A stretch of DNA of 64,000 bases from Yuukianura sp. NJ FZ-2021 (taxonomy: Eukaryota), in assembly GCA_046563655.1 (NCBI GenBank), contig CM102287.1, positions 3,224,001 to 3,288,000 on the forward strand, read 5' to 3'. Below the pieces are notes generated by a model that searched no databases, was not told the DNA's origin, and worked only from the letters and a program-made list of their open reading frames with translations. Positions 26,201 through 41,200 of the stretch are shown here, piece after piece (position 1 is the stretch's first letter; each line of letters opens with the position of its first letter). A program made the translations under genes and the position numbers.

Positions 26201-29200
26201 AATTCATTTTTTTCATTCAAAACTCCCCAAAAAGTCATCCTGAGCTTTCTGAGAACTGAAAATTGCACTCCGATATTTTGCCTCGGAAAGCCCATCTGAA
26301 GTGAACCAAGCTCAATTTTTGTCAAAAAATCATTTTTTTTCATTCAAAACTCCCCAAAAAGTCAATCTGAGCTTTCTGAGAACTGAAAATTGCACTCCGA
26401 TATTTTGCCTCGGAAAGCCCATCTGAAGTGAACCAAGCTCAATTTTTTTCAAAAAATCATTATTTTTCATTCAAAACTCCCCAAAAAGTCAATCTGAGCT
26501 TTCCGAGAACTGAAAATTGCACTCCGATATTTTGCCTCAGAAAGCCCATCTGAAGTGAACCAAGCTCAATTTTTGTCAAAAAATTCATTTTTTTCATTCA
26601 AAACTCCCCAAAAAGTCAATCTGAGCTTTCTGAGAACTGAAAATTGCACTCCGATATTTTGCCTCGTAAAGCCCATCTGAAGTGAACCAAGCTCAATTTT
26701 TGTCAAAAAATTCATTTTTTTTCATTCAAAACTCCCCAAAAAGTCATCCTGAGCTTTCTGAGAACTGAAAATTGCACTCCGATATTTTGCCTCGGAAAGC
26801 CCATCTGAAGTGAACCAAGCTCAATTTTTGTCAAAAAATTCATTTGTTTCATTGAAAACTCCCCAAAAAGTCATTCTGAGCTTTCTGAGAACTGAAAATT
26901 GCACTCCGATATTTTGCCTCGGAAAGCCCATCTGAAGTGAACCAAGCTCAATTTTTGTCAAAAAATTCATTTTTTTCATTCAAAACTCCCCAAAAAGTCA
27001 TTCTGAGCTTTCTGAGAACTGAAAATTGCACTCCGATATTTTGCCTCGGAAAGCCCATCTGAAGTGAACCAAGCTCAATTTTTGTCAAAAAATCATTTTT
27101 TTTCATTCAAAACTCCCCAAAAAGTCAATCTGAGCTTTCTGAGAACTGAAAATTGCACTCCGATATTTTGCCTCGGAAAGCCCATCTGAAGTGAACCAAG
27201 CTCAATTTTTGTCAAAAAATCTTTTTTTTTTCATTCTAAACTCCCCAAAAAGTCAATCTGAGCTTTCTGAGAACTGAAAATTGCACTCCGATATTTTGCC
27301 TCGGAAAGCCCATCTGAAGTGAACCAAGCTCAATTTTTGTCAAAAAATTCATTTTTTTCATTCAAAACTCCCCAAAAAGTCAATCTGAGCTTTCTGAGAA
27401 CTGAAAATTGCACTCCGATATTTTGCCTCGTAAAGCCCATCTGAAGTGAACCAAGCTCAATTTTTGTCAAAAAATTCATTTTTTTCATTCAAAACTCCCC
27501 AAAAAGTCATTCTGAGCTTTCTGAGAACTGAAAATTGCACTCCGATATTTTGCCTCGGAAAGCCCATCTGAAGTGAACCAAGCTCAATTTTTGTCAAAAA
27601 ATTCATTTGTTTCATTGAAAACTCCCCAAAAAGTCATTCTGAGCTTTCTGAGAACTGAAAATTGCACTCCGATATTTTGCCTCGGAAAGCCCATCTGAAG
27701 TGAACCAAGCTCAATTTTTGTCAAAAAATTCATTTTTTTCATTCAAAACTCCCCAAAAAGTCATTCTGAGCTTTCTGAGAACTGAAAATTGCACTCCGAT
27801 ATTTTGCCTCGGAAAGCCCATCTGAAGCGAACGAAGCTCAATTTTTGTCAAAAAATCTTTTTTTTTCATTCAAAACATCCCAAAAAGTCAATCTGAGCTT
27901 TCTGAGAACTGAAAATTGCACTCCGATATTTTGCCTCGTAAAGCCCATCTGAAGTGAACCAAGCTCAATTTTTGTCAAAAAATCTTTTTTTTTCATTCAA
28001 AACTCCCCAAAAAGTCAATCTGAGCTTTCTGAGAACTGAAAATTGCACTCCGATATTTTGCCTCGGAAAGCCCATCTGAAGTGAACCAAGCTCAATTTTT
28101 GTCAAAAAAATTCATTTTATTCATTCAAAACTCCCCAAAAAGTCAATCTGAGCTTTCTGAGAACTGAAAATTGCACTCCAATATTTATCCTCGGAAAGCC
28201 CATCTGAAGTGAACCAAGGTCAATTTTTGTCAAAAAAATTCATTTTTTTCATTCAAAACTCCCCAAAAAGTCAATCTGAGCTTTCTGAGAACTGAAAATT
28301 GCACTCCGATATTTTGCCTCGCAAAGCCCATCTGAAGTGAACCAAGCTCAATTTTTGTCAAAAAATTCATTTGTTTCATTGAAAACTCCCCAAAAAGTCA
28401 TTCTGAGCTTTCTGAGAACTGAAAATTGCACTCCGATATTTTGCCTCGGAAAGCCCATCTGAAGTGAACCAAGCTCAATTTTTGTCAAAAAATTCATTTT
28501 TTTCATTCAAAACTCCCCAAAAAGTCATTCTGAGCTTTCTGAGAACTGAAAATTGCACTCCGATATTTTGCCTCGGAAAGCCCATCTGAAGTGAACCAAG
28601 CTCAATTTTTGTCAAAAAATCTTTTTTTTTCATTCAAAACATCCCAAAAAGTCATTCTGAGCTTTCTGAGAACTGAAAATTGCACTCCGATATTTTGCCT
28701 CGGAAAGCCCATCTGAAGTGAACCAAGCTCAATTTTTGTCAAAAAATTCATTTTTTTCATTCAAAACTCCCGAAAAAGTCATTCTGAGCTTTGTGAGAAC
28801 TGAAAATTGCACTCCGATATTTTGCCTCGGAAAGCCCATCTGAAGTGAACCAAGCTCAATTTTTGTCAAAAAATCTTTTTGTTTTCATTCAAAACTTTCC
28901 AAAAACTCATTCTGAGCTTTCCGAGAACTGAAAATTGCACTCCGATATTTTGCCTCAGAAAGCCCATCTGAAGTGAACCAAGCTCAATTTTTGTCAAAAA
29001 ATCTTTTTTTTTCATTCAAAACTCCCCAAAAAGTCAATCTGAGCTTTCTGAGAACTGAAAATTGCACTCCGATATTTTGCCTCGGAAAGCCCATCTGAAG
29101 TGAACCAAGCTCAATTTTTGTCAAAAAATTCATTTGTTTCATTGAAAACTCCCCAAAAAGTCATTCTGAGCTTTCTGAGAACTGAAAATTGCACTCCGAT

Positions 29201-32200
29201 ATTTTGCCTCGGAAAGCCCATCTGAAGTGAACCAAGCTCAATTTTTGTCAAAAAAATTCATTTTATTCATTCAAAACTCCCCAAAAAGTCAATCTGAGCT
29301 TTCTGAGAACTGAAAATTGCACTCCAATATTTTGCCTCGGAAAGCCCATCTGAAGTGAACCAAGCTCAATTTTTGTCAAAAAAATTCATTTTATTCATTC
29401 AAAACTCCCCAAAAAGTCAATCTGAGCTTTCTGAGAACTGAAAATTGCACTCCAATATTTTGCCTCGGAAAGCCCATCTGAAGTGAACCAAGCTCAATTT
29501 TTGTCAAAAAAATTCATTTTTTTCATTCAAAACTCCCCAAAAAGTCAATCTGAGCTTTCTGAGAACTGAAAATTGCACTCCGATATTTTGCCTCGTAAAG
29601 CCCATCTGAAGAAAACCAAGTACAATTTTTGTCAAATAATTCATTTGTTTCATTGAAAACTCCCCAAAAAGTCATTCTGAGCTTTCTGAGAACTGAAAAT
29701 TGCACTCCGATATTTTGCCTCGGAAAGCCCATCTGAAGTGAACCAAGCTCAATTTTTGTCAAAAAATCTTTTTTTTTCATTCAAAACTTTCCAAAAACTC
29801 AATCTGAGCTTTGTGAGAACTGAAAATTGCACTCCGATATTTTGCCTCAGAAAGCTCATCTGAAGTGAACCAAGCTCAATTTTTGTCAAAAAATCTTTTT
29901 TTTTCATTCAAAACTCCCCAAAAAGTCAATCTGAGCTTTCTGAGAACTGAAAATTGCACTCCGATATTTTGCCTCGGAAAGCCCATCTGAAGTGAACCAA
30001 GCTCAATTTTTGTCAAAAAATTCATTTTTTTTCATTCAAAACTCCCCAAAAAGTCATTCTGAGCTTTCTGAGAACTGAAAATTGCACTCCGATATTTTGC
30101 CTCGGAAAGCCCATCTGAAGTGAACCAAGCTCAATTTTTGTCAAATAATTCATTTGTTTCATTGAAAACTCCCCAAAAAGTCATTCTGAGCTTTCTGAGA
30201 ACTGAAAATTGCACTCCGATATTTTGCCTCGGAAAGCCCATCTGAAGTGAACCAAGCTCAATTTTTGTCAAAAAATTCATTTTTTTCATTCAAAACTCCC
30301 CAAAAAGTCAATCTGAGCTTTCTGAGAACTGAAAATTGCACTCCGATATTTTGCCTCGTAAAGCCCATCTGAAGTGAACCAAGCTCAATTTTTGTCAAAA
30401 AATCTTTTTTTTTCATTCAAAACTCCCCAAAAAGTCAATCTGAGCTTTCTGAGAACTGAAAATTGCACTCCGATATTTTGCCTCGTAAAGCCCATCTGAA
30501 GTGAACCAAGCTCAATTTTTGTCAAAAAATTCATTTGTTTCATTGAAAACTCCCCAAAAAGTCATTCTGAGCTTTCTGAGAACTGAAAATTGCACTCCGA
30601 TATTTTGCCTCGGAAAGCCCATCTGAAGTGAACCAAGCTCAATTTTTGTCAAAAAATTCAATTGTTTCATTCAAAACTCCCCAAAAAGTCATTCTGAGCT
30701 TTCTGAGAACTGAAAATTGCACTCCGATATTTTGCCTCAGAAAGCTCATCTGAAGTGAACCAAGCTCAATTTTTGTCAAAAAATCTTTTTTTTTCATTCA
30801 AAACTTTCCAAAAACTCAATCTGAGCTTTGTGAGAACTGAAAATTGCACTCCGATATTTTGCCTCGGAAAGCCCATCTGAAGTGAACCAAGCTCAATTTT
30901 TGTCAAAAAATTCATTTTTTTTCATTCAAAACTCCCCAAAAAGTCATTCTGAGCTTTCTGAGAACTGAAAATTGCACTCCGATATTTTGCCTCGGAAAGC
31001 CCATCTGAAGTGAACCAAGCTCAATTTTTGTCAAAAAATTCATTTTTTTCATTCAAAACTCCCCAAAAAGTCAATCTGAGCTTTCTGAGAACTGAAAATT
31101 GCACTCCGATATTTTGCCTCGTAAAGCCCATCTGAAGTGAACCAAGCTCAATTTTTGTCAAAAAATCATTTTTTTTCATTCAAAACTCCCCAAAAAGTCA
31201 ATCTGAGCTTTCTGAGAACTGAAAATTGCACTCCGATATTTTGCCTCGGAAAGCCCATCTGAAGTGAACCAAGCTCAATTTTTGTCAAAAAATTCATTTT
31301 TTTCATTCAAAACTCCCCAAAAAGTCAATCTGAGCTTTCTGAGAACTGAAAATTGCACTCCGATATTTTGCCTCGGAAAGCCCATCTGAAGTGAACCAAG
31401 CTCAATTTTTGTCAAAAAATTCATTTTTTTCATTCAAAACTCCCCAAAAAGTCAATCTGAGCTTTCTGAGAACTGAAAATTGCACTCCGATATTTTGCCT
31501 CGGAAAGCCCATCTGAAGTGAACCAAGCTCAATTTTTGTCAAAAAATCTTTTTTTTTCATTCAAAACTTTCCAAAAACTCATTCTGAGCTTTGTGAGAAC
31601 TGAAAATTGCACTCCGATATTTTGCCTCGGAAAGCCCATCTGAAGTGAACCAAGCTCAATTTTTGTCAAAAAATCTTTTTTTTTTTCATTCAAAACTCCC
31701 CAAAAAGTCATTCTGAGCTTTCTGAGAACTGAAAATTGCACTCCGATATTTTGCCTCGTAAAGCCCATCTGAAGTGAACCAAGCTCAATTTTTGTCAAAA
31801 AATTCATTTTTTTCATTTAAGACTCCCCAAAAAGTCATTCTGAGCTTTCTGAGAACTGAAAATTGCACTCCGATATTTTGCCTCGGAAAGCCCATCTGAA
31901 GTGAACCAAGCTCAATTTTTGTCAAAAAATCTTTTTTTTTCCTTGAAAACTCCCCAAAAAGTCATTCTGAGCTTTCTGAGAACTGAAAATTGCACTCCGA
32001 TATTTTGCCTCGGAAAGCCCATCTGAAGTGAACCAAGCTCAATTTTTGTCAAAAAATTCATTTTTTTCATTCAAAACTCCCCAAAAAGTCATTCTGAGCT
32101 TTCTGAGAACTGAAAATTGCACTCCGATATTTTGCCTCGGAAAGCCCATCTGAAGTGAACCAAGCTCAATTTTTGTCAAAAAATTTATTTGTTTCATTGA

Positions 32201-35200
32201 AAACTCCCCAAAAAGTCATTCTGAGCTTTGTGAGAACTGAAAATTGCACTCCGATATTTTGCCTCGGAAAGCCCATCTGAAGTGAACCAAGCTCAATTTT
32301 TGTCAAAAAATTCATTTTTTTCATTCAAAACTCCCCAAAAAGTCATTCTGAGCTTTCTGAGAACTGAAAATTGCACTCCGATATTTTGCCTCGGAAAGCC
32401 CATCTGAAGTGAACCAAGCTCAATTTTTGTCAAAAAATCTTTTTTTTCATTGAAAACTCCCCAAAAAGTCATTCTGAGCTTTCTGAGAACTGAAAATTGC
32501 ACTCCGATATTTTGCCTCGGAAAGCCCATCTGAAGTGAACCAAGCTCAATTTTTGTCAAAAAATTCATTTTTTTCATTCAAAACTCCCCAAAAAGTCATT
32601 CTGAGCTTTCTGAGAACTGAAAATTGCACTCCGATATTTTGCCTCGGAAAGCCCATCTGAAGTGAACCAAGCTCAATTTTTGTCAAAAAATTTATTTGTT
32701 TCATTGAAAACTCCCCAAAAAGTCATTCTGAGCTTTCTGAGAACTGAAAATTGCACTCCGATATTTTGCCTCGGAAAGCCCATCTGAAGTGAACCAAGCT
32801 CAATTTTTGTCAAAAAATTCATTTTTTTCATTCAAAACTCCCCAAAAAGTCATTCTGAGCTTTCTGAGAACTGAAAATTGCACTCCGATATTTTGCCTCG
32901 GAAAGCCCATCTGAAGTGAACCAAGCTCAATTTTTGTCAAAAAATCTTTTTTTTCATTCAAAACTCCCCAAAAAGTCATTCTGAGCTTTCTGAGAACTGA
33001 AAATTGCACTCCGATATTTTGCCTCGTAAAGCCCATCTGAAGTGAACCAAGCTCAATTTTTGTCAAAAAATTCATTTTTTTCATTCAAAACTCCCCAAAA
33101 AGTCATTCTGAGCTTTCTGAGAACTGAAAATTGCACTCCGATATTTTGCCTCGGAAAGCCCATCTGAAGTGAACCAAGCTCAATTTTTGTCAAAAAATTT
33201 ATTTGTTTCATTGAAAACTCCCCAAAAAGTCATTCTGAGCTTTCTGAGAACTGAAAATTGCACTCCGATATTTTGCCTCGGAAAGCCCATCTGAAGTGAA
33301 CCAAGCTCAATTTTTGTCAAAAAATCTTTTTTTTTCCTTGAAAACTCCCCAAAAAGTCATTCTGAGCTTTCTGAGAACTGAAAATTGCACTCCGATATTT
33401 TGCCTCGGAAAGCCCATCTGAAGTGAACCAAGCTCAATTTTTGTCAAAAAATTCATTTTTTTCATTCAAAACTCCCCAAAAAGTCATTCTGAGCTTTGTG
33501 AGAACTGAAAATTGCACTCCGATATTTTGCCTCGGAAAGCCCATCTGAAGTGAACCAAGCTCAATTTTTGTCAAAAAATTTATTTGTTTCATTCAAAACT
33601 CCCCAAAAAGTCATCCTGAGCTTTCTGAGAACTGAAAATTGCACTCCGATATTTTGCCTCGGAAAGCCCATCTGAAGTGAACCAAGCTCAATTTTTGTCA
33701 AAAAATCTTTTTGTTTTCATTCAAAACTCCCCAAAAAGTCATTCTGAGCTTTCTGAGAACTGAAAATTGCACTCCGATATTTTGCCTCGGAAAGCCCATC
33801 TGAAGTGAACCAAGCTCAATTTTTGTCAAAAAATTCATTTTTTTCATTCAAAACTCCCCAAAAAGTCATTCTGAGCTTTCTGAGAACTGAAAATTGCACT
33901 CCGATATTTTGCCTCGGAAAGCCCATCTGAAGTGAACCAAGCTCAATTTTTGTCAAAAAATTTATTTGTTTCATTCAAAACTCCCCAAAAAGTCATTCTG
34001 AGCTTTCTGAGAACTGAAAATTGCACTCCGATATTTTGCCTCGGAAAGCCCATCTGAAGTGAACCAAGCTCAATTTTTGTCAAAAAATTCATTTTTTTCA
34101 TTCAAAACTCCCCAAAAAGTCATTCTGAGCTTTCTGAGAACTGAAAATTGCACTCCGATATTTTGCCTCGGAAAGCCCATCTGAAGTGAACCAAGCTCAA
34201 TTTTTGTCAAAAAATCTTTTTTTTTCATTGAAAACTCCCCAAAAAGTCATTCTGAGCTTTCTGAGAACTGAAAATTGCACTCCGATATTTTGCCTCGGAA
34301 AGCCCATCTGAAGTGAACCAAGCTCAATTTTTGTCAAAAAATTCATTTTTTTCATTCAAAACTCCCCAAAAAGTCATTCTGAGCTTTCTGAGAACTGAAA
34401 ATTGCACTCCGATATTTTGCCTCGGAAAGCCCATCTGAAGTGAACCAAGCTCAATTTTTGTCAAAAAATTCATTTGTTTCATTGAAAACTCCCCAAAAAG
34501 TCATTCTGAGCTTTCTGAGAACTGAAAATTGCACTCCGATATTTTGCCTCGGAAAGCCCATCTGAAGTGAACCAAGCTCAATTTTTGTCAAAAAATTCAT
34601 TTTTTTCATTCAAAACTCCCCAAAAAGTCATTCTGAGCTTTGTGAGAACTGAAAATTGCACTCCGATATTTTGCCTCGGAAAGCCCATCTGAAGTGAACC
34701 AAGCTCAATTTTTGTCAAAAAATTCATTTTTTTCATTCAAAACTCCCCAAAAAGTCAATCTGAGCTTTCTGAGAACTGAAAATTGCACTCCGATATTTTG
34801 CCTCGGAAAGTCCATCTGAAGTGAACCAAGCTCAATTTTTGTCAAAAAATTCATTTTTTCATTCAAAACTCCCCAAAAAGTCATTCTGAGCTTTCTGAGA
34901 ACTGAAAATTGCACTCCGATATTTTGCCTCGGAAAGCCCATCTGAAGTGAACCAAGCTCAATTTTTGTCAAAAAATTCATTTGTTTCATTGAAAACTCCC
35001 CAAAAAGTCATTCTGAGCTTTCTGAGAACTGAAAATTGCACTCCGATATTTTGCCTCGGAAAGCCCATCTGAAGTGAACCAAGCTCAATTTTTGTCAAAA
35101 AATTCATTTTTTTCATTCAAAACTCCCCAAAAAGTCATTCTGAGCTTTCTGAGAACTGAAAATTGCACTCCGATATTTTGCCTCGGAAAGCCCATCTGAA

Positions 35201-38200
35201 GTGAACCAAGCTCAATTTTTGTCAAAAAATCTTTTTTTTTCATTGAAAACTCCCCAAAAAGTCATTCTGAGCTTTCTGAGAACTGAAAATTGCACTCCGA
35301 TATTTTGCCTCGGAAAGCCCATCTGAAGTGAACCAAGCTCAATTTTTGTCAAAAAATTCATTTTTTTCATTCAAAACTCCCCAAAAAGTCATTCTGAGCT
35401 TTCTGAGAACTGAAAATTGCACTCCGATATTTTGCCTCAAAAAGCCCATCTGAAGTGATTCAAGCTCAATTTTTGTCAAAAAATTCATTGTTTTCATTCA
35501 AAACTCCCCAAAAAGTCATTCTGAGCTTTCTGAGAACTGAAAATTGCACTCCGATATTTTGCCTCGGAAAGCCCATCTGAAGTGAACCAAGCTCAATTTT
35601 TGTCAAAAAATTCATTTTTTTCATTCAAAACTCCCCAAAAAGTCATTCTGAGCTTTCTGAGAACTGAAAATTGCACTCCGATATTTTGCCTCGGAAAGCC
35701 CATCTGAAGTGAACCAAGCTCAATTTTTGTCAAAAAATTTATTTGTTTCATTCAAAACTCCCCAAAAAGTCATTCTGAGCTTTCTGAGAACTGAAAATTG
35801 CACTCCGATATTTTGCCTCGGAAAGCCCATCTGAAGTGAACCAAGCTCAATTTTTGTCAAAAAATCTTTTTTTTTCATTCAAAACTCCCCAAAAAGTCAT
35901 TCTGAGCTTTCTGAGAACTGAAAATTGCACTCCGATATTTTGCCTCGGAAAGCCCATCTGAAGTGAACCAAGCTCAATTTTTGTCAAAAAATTCATTTGT
36001 TTCATTCAAAACTCTCCAAAAAGTCATTCTGAGCTTTCTGAGAACTGAAAATTGCACTCCGATATTTTGCCTCGGAAAGCCCATCTGAAGTGATTCAAGC
36101 TCAATTTTTGTCAAAAAATTCATTTTTTTCATTCAAAACTCCCCAAAAAGTCATTCTGAGCTTTCTGAGAACTGAAAATTGCACTCCGATATTTTGCCTC
36201 GGAAAGCCCATCTGAAGTGAACCAAGCTCAATTTTTGTCAAAAAATTCATTTTTTTCATTCAAAACTCCCCAAAAAGTCATTCTGAGCTTTCTGAGAACT
36301 GAAAATTGCACTCCGATATTTTGCCTCGGAAAGCCCATCTGAAGTGAACCAAGCTCAATTTTTGTCAAAAAATCTTTTTTTTTCATTGAAAACTCCCCAA
36401 AAAGTCATTCTGAGCTTTCTGAGAACTGAAAATTGCACTCCGATATTTTGCCTCGGAAAGCCCATCTGAAGTGAACCAAGCTCAATTTTTGTCAAAAAAT
36501 CTTTTTTTTCATTCAAAACTCCCCAAAAAGTCATTCTGAGCTTTCTGAGAACTGAAAATTGCACTCCGATATTTTGCCTCGGAAAGCCCATCTGAAGTGA
36601 ACCAAGCTCAATTTTTGTCAAAAAATTCATTTGTTTTCATTCAAAACTCCCCAAAAAGTCAATCTGAGCTTTCTGAGAACTGAAAATTGCACTCCGATAT
36701 TTTGCCTCGGAAAGCCCATCTGAAGTGAACCAAGCTCAATTTTTGTCAAAAAATTCATTTGTTTCATTGAAAACTCCCCAAAAAGTCATTCTGAGCTTTC
36801 TGAGAACTGAAAATTGCACTCCGATATTTTGCCTCGGAAAGCCCATCTGAAGTGAACCAAGCTCAATTTTTGTCAAAAAATCTTTTTTTTTCATTGAAAA
36901 CTCCCCAAAAAGTCATTCTGAGCTTTCTGAGAACTGAAAATTGCACTCCGATATTTTGCCTCGGAAAGCCCATCTGAAGTGAACCAAGCTCAATTTTTGT
37001 CAAAAAATTCATTTTTTTCATTCAAAACTCCCCAAAAAGTCATTCTGAGCTTTCTGAGAACTGAAAATTGCACTCCGATATTTTGCCTCGGAAAGCCCAT
37101 CTGAAGTGAACCAAGCTCAATTTTTGTCAAAAAATTCATTTTTTTCATTCAAAACTCCCCAAAAAGTCATTCTGAGCTTTCTGAGAACTGAAAATTGCAC
37201 TCCGATATTTTGCCTCGGAAAGCCCATCTGAAGTGAACCAAGCTCAATTTTTGTCAAAAAATCTTTTTTTTTCCTTGAAAACTCCCCAAAAAGTCATTCT
37301 GAGCTTTCTGAGAACTGAAAATTGCACTCCGATATTTTGCCTCGGAAAGCCCATCTGAAGTGAACCAAGCTCAATTTTTGTCAAAAAATTCATTTTTTTC
37401 ATTCAAAACTCCCCAAAAAGTCATTCTGAGCTTTCTGAGAACTGAAAATTGCACTCCGATATTTTGCCTCGGAAAGCCCATCTGAAGTGAACCAAGCTCA
37501 ATTTTTGTCAAAAAATTTATTTGTTTCATTCAAAACTCCCCAAAAAGTCATTCTGAGCTTTCTGAGAACTGAAAATTGCACTCCGATATTTTGCCTCGGA
37601 AAGCCCATCTGAAGTGAACCAAGCTCAATTTTTGTCAAAAAATCTTTTTTTTTCCTTGAAAACTCCCCAAAAAGTCATTCTGAGCTTTCTGAGAACTGAA
37701 AATTGCACTCCGATATTTTGCCTCGGAAAGCCCATCTGAAGTGAACCAAGCTCAATTTTTGTCAAAAAATTCATTTTTTTCATTCAAAACTCCCCAAAAA
37801 GTCATTCTGAGCTTTCTGAGAACTGAAAATTGCACTCCGATATTTTGCCTCGGAAAGCCCATCTGAAGTGAACCAAGCTCAATTTTTGTCAAAAAATTCA
37901 TTTGTTTCATTCAAAACTCTCCAAAAAGTCATTCTGAGCTTTCTGAGAACTGAAAATTGCACTCCGATATTTTGCCTCGGAAAGCCCATCTGAAGTGATT
38001 CAAGCTCACTTTTTGTCAAAAAATTCATTTTTTTCATTCAAAACTCCCCAAAAAGTCATTCTGAGCTTTCTGAGAACTGAAAATTGCACTCCGATATTTT
38101 GCCTCGGAAAGCCCATCTGAAGTGAACCAAGCTCAATTTTTGTCAAAAAATTCATTTTTTCATTCAAAACTCCCCAAAAAGTCATTCTGAGCTTTCTGAG

Positions 38201-41200
38201 AACTGAAAATTGCACTCCGATATTTTGCCTCGGAAAGCCCATCTGAAGTGAACCAAGCTCAATTTTTGTCAAAAAATTCATTTTTTTCATTCAAAACTCC
38301 CCAAAAAGTCATTCTGAGCTTTCTGAGAACTGAAAATTGCACTCCGATATTTTGCCTCGGAAAGCCCATCTGAAGTGAACCAAGCTCAATTTTTGTCAAA
38401 AAATCTTTTTTTTCATTCAAAACTCCCCAAAAAGTCATTCTGAGCTTTCTGAGAACTGAAAATTGCACTCCGATATTTTGCCTCGGAAAGCCCATCTGAA
38501 GTGAACCAAGCTCAATTTTTGTCAAAAAATTCATTTTTTTCATTCAAAACTCCCCAAAAAGTCATTCTGAGCTTTCTGAGAACTGAAAATTGCACTCCGA
38601 TATTTTGCCTCGGAAAGCCCATCTGAAGTGAACCAAGCTCAATTTTTGTCAAAAAATTCATTTTTTTCATTCAAAACTCCCCAAAAAGTCATTCTGAGCT
38701 TTCTGAGAACTGAAAATTGCACTCCGATATTTTGCCTCGGAAAGCCCATCTGAAGTGAACCAAGCTCAATTTTTGTCAAAAAATTCATTGTTTTCATTCA
38801 AAACTCCCCAAAAAGTCATTCTGAGCTTTCTGAGAACTGAAAATTGCACTCCGATATTTTGCCTCAAAAAGCCCATCTGAAGTGATTCAAGCTCAATTTT
38901 TGTCAAAAAATTCATTGTTTTCATTCAAAACTCCCCAAAAAGTCATTCTGAGCTTTCTGAGAACTGAAAATTGCACTCCGATATTTTGCCTCGGAAAGCC
39001 CATCTGAAGTGAACCAAGCTCAATTTTTGTCAAAAAATTCATTTGTTTCATTCAAAACTCTCCAAAAAGTCATTCTGAGCTTTCTGAGAACTGAAAATTG
39101 CACTCCGATATTTTGCCTCGGAAAGCCCATCTGAAGTGAACCAAGCTCAATTTTTGTCAAAAAATTCATTTGTTTCATTCAAAACTCTCCAAAAAGTCAT
39201 TCTGAGCTTTCTGAGAACTGAAAATTGCACTCCGATATTTTGCCTCGGAAAGCCCATCTGAAGTGATTCAAGCTCAATTTTTGTCAAAAAATTCATTTTT
39301 TTCATTCAAAACTCCCCAAAAAGTCATTCTGAGCTTTCTGAGAACTGAAAATTGCACTCCGATATTTTGCCTCGGAAAGCCCATCTGAAGTGAACCAATC
39401 TCAATTTTTGTCAAAAAATCATTTTTTTTCATTGAAAACTCCCCAAAAAGTCATTCTGAGCTTTCTGAGAACTGAAAATTGCACTCCGATATTTTGCCTC
39501 GGAAAGCCCATCTGAAGTGAACCAAGCTCAATTTTTGTCAAAAAATTCATTTTTTTCATTCAAAACTCCCCAAAAAGTCATTCTGAGCTTTCTGAGAACT
39601 GAAAATTGCACTCCGATATTTTGCCTCGGAAAGCCCATCTGAAGTGAACCAAGCTCAATTTTTGTCAAAAAATTTATTTGTTTCATTGAAAACTCCCCAA
39701 AAAGTCATTCTGAGCTTTCTGAGAACTGAAAATTGCACTCCGATATTTTGCCTCGGAAAGCCCATCTGAAGTGAACCAAGCTCAATTTTTGTCAAAAAAT
39801 TCATTTTTTTCATTCAAAACTCCCCAAAAAGTCATTCTGAGCTTTCTGAGAACTGAAAATTGCACTCCGATATTTTGCCTCGGAAAGCCCATCTGAAGTG
39901 AACCAAGCTCAATTTTTGTCAAAAAATCTTTTTTTTTCATTCAAAACTCCCCAAAAAGTCATTCTGAGCTTTCTGAGAACTGAAAATTGCACTCCGATAT
40001 TTTGCCTCGGAAAGCCCATCTGAAGTGAACCAAGCTCAATTTTTGTCAAAAAATTCATTTTTTTCATTCAAAACTCCCCAAAAAGTCATTCTGAGCTTTC
40101 TGAGAACTGAAAATTGCACTCCGATATTTTGCCTCGGAAAGCCCATCTGAAGTGAACCAAGCTCAATTTTTGTCAAAAAATTTATTTGTTTCATTGAAAA
40201 CTCCCCAAAAAGTCATTCTGAGCTTTCTGAGAACTGAAAATTGCACTCCGATATTTTGCCTCGGAAAGCCCATCTGAAGTGAACCAAGCTCAATTTTTGT
40301 CAAAAAATTCATTTTTTTCATTCAAAACTCCCCAAAAAGTCATTCTGAGCTTTCTGAGAACTGAAAATTGCACTCCGATATTTTGCCTCGGAAAGCCCAT
40401 CTGAAGTGAACCAAGCTCAATTTTTGTCAAAAAATTCATTTTTTTCATTCAAAACTCCCCAAAAAGTCATTCTGAGCTTTCTGAGAACTGAAAATTGCAC
40501 TCCGATATTTTGCCTCGGAAAGCCCATCTGAAGTGAACCAAGCTCAATTTTTGTCAAAAAATCTTTTTTTTTCATTCAAAACTCCCCAAAAAGTCATTCT
40601 GAGCTTTCTGAGAACTGAAAATTGCACTCCGATATTTTGCCTCGGAAAGCCCATCTGAAGTGAACCAAGCTCAATTTTTGTCAAAAAATTCATTTTTTTC
40701 ATTCAAAACTCCCCAAAAAGTCATTCTGAGCTTTCTGAGAACTGAAAATTGCACTCCGATATTTTGCCTCGGAAAGCCCATCTGAAGTGAACCAAGCTCA
40801 ATTTTTGTCAAAAAATTCATTTTTTTCATTCAAAACTCCCCAAAAAGTCATTCTGAGCTTTCTGAGAACTGAAAATTGCACTCCGATATTTTGCCTCGGA
40901 AAGCCCATCTGAAGTGAACCAAGCTCAATTTTTGTCAAAAAATTCATTTTTTTCATTCAAAACTCCCCAAAAAGTCATTCTGAGCTTTCTGAGAACTGAA
41001 AATTGCACTCCGATATTTTGCCTCGGAAAGCCCATCTGAAGTGAACCAAGCTCAATTTTTGTCAAAAAATTCATTTGTTTCATTGAAAACTCCCCAAAAA
41101 GTCATTCTGAGCTTTCTGAGAACTGAAAATTGCACTCCGATATTTTGCCTCGGAAAGCCCATCTGAAGTGAACCAAGCTCAATTTTTGTCAAAAAATTCA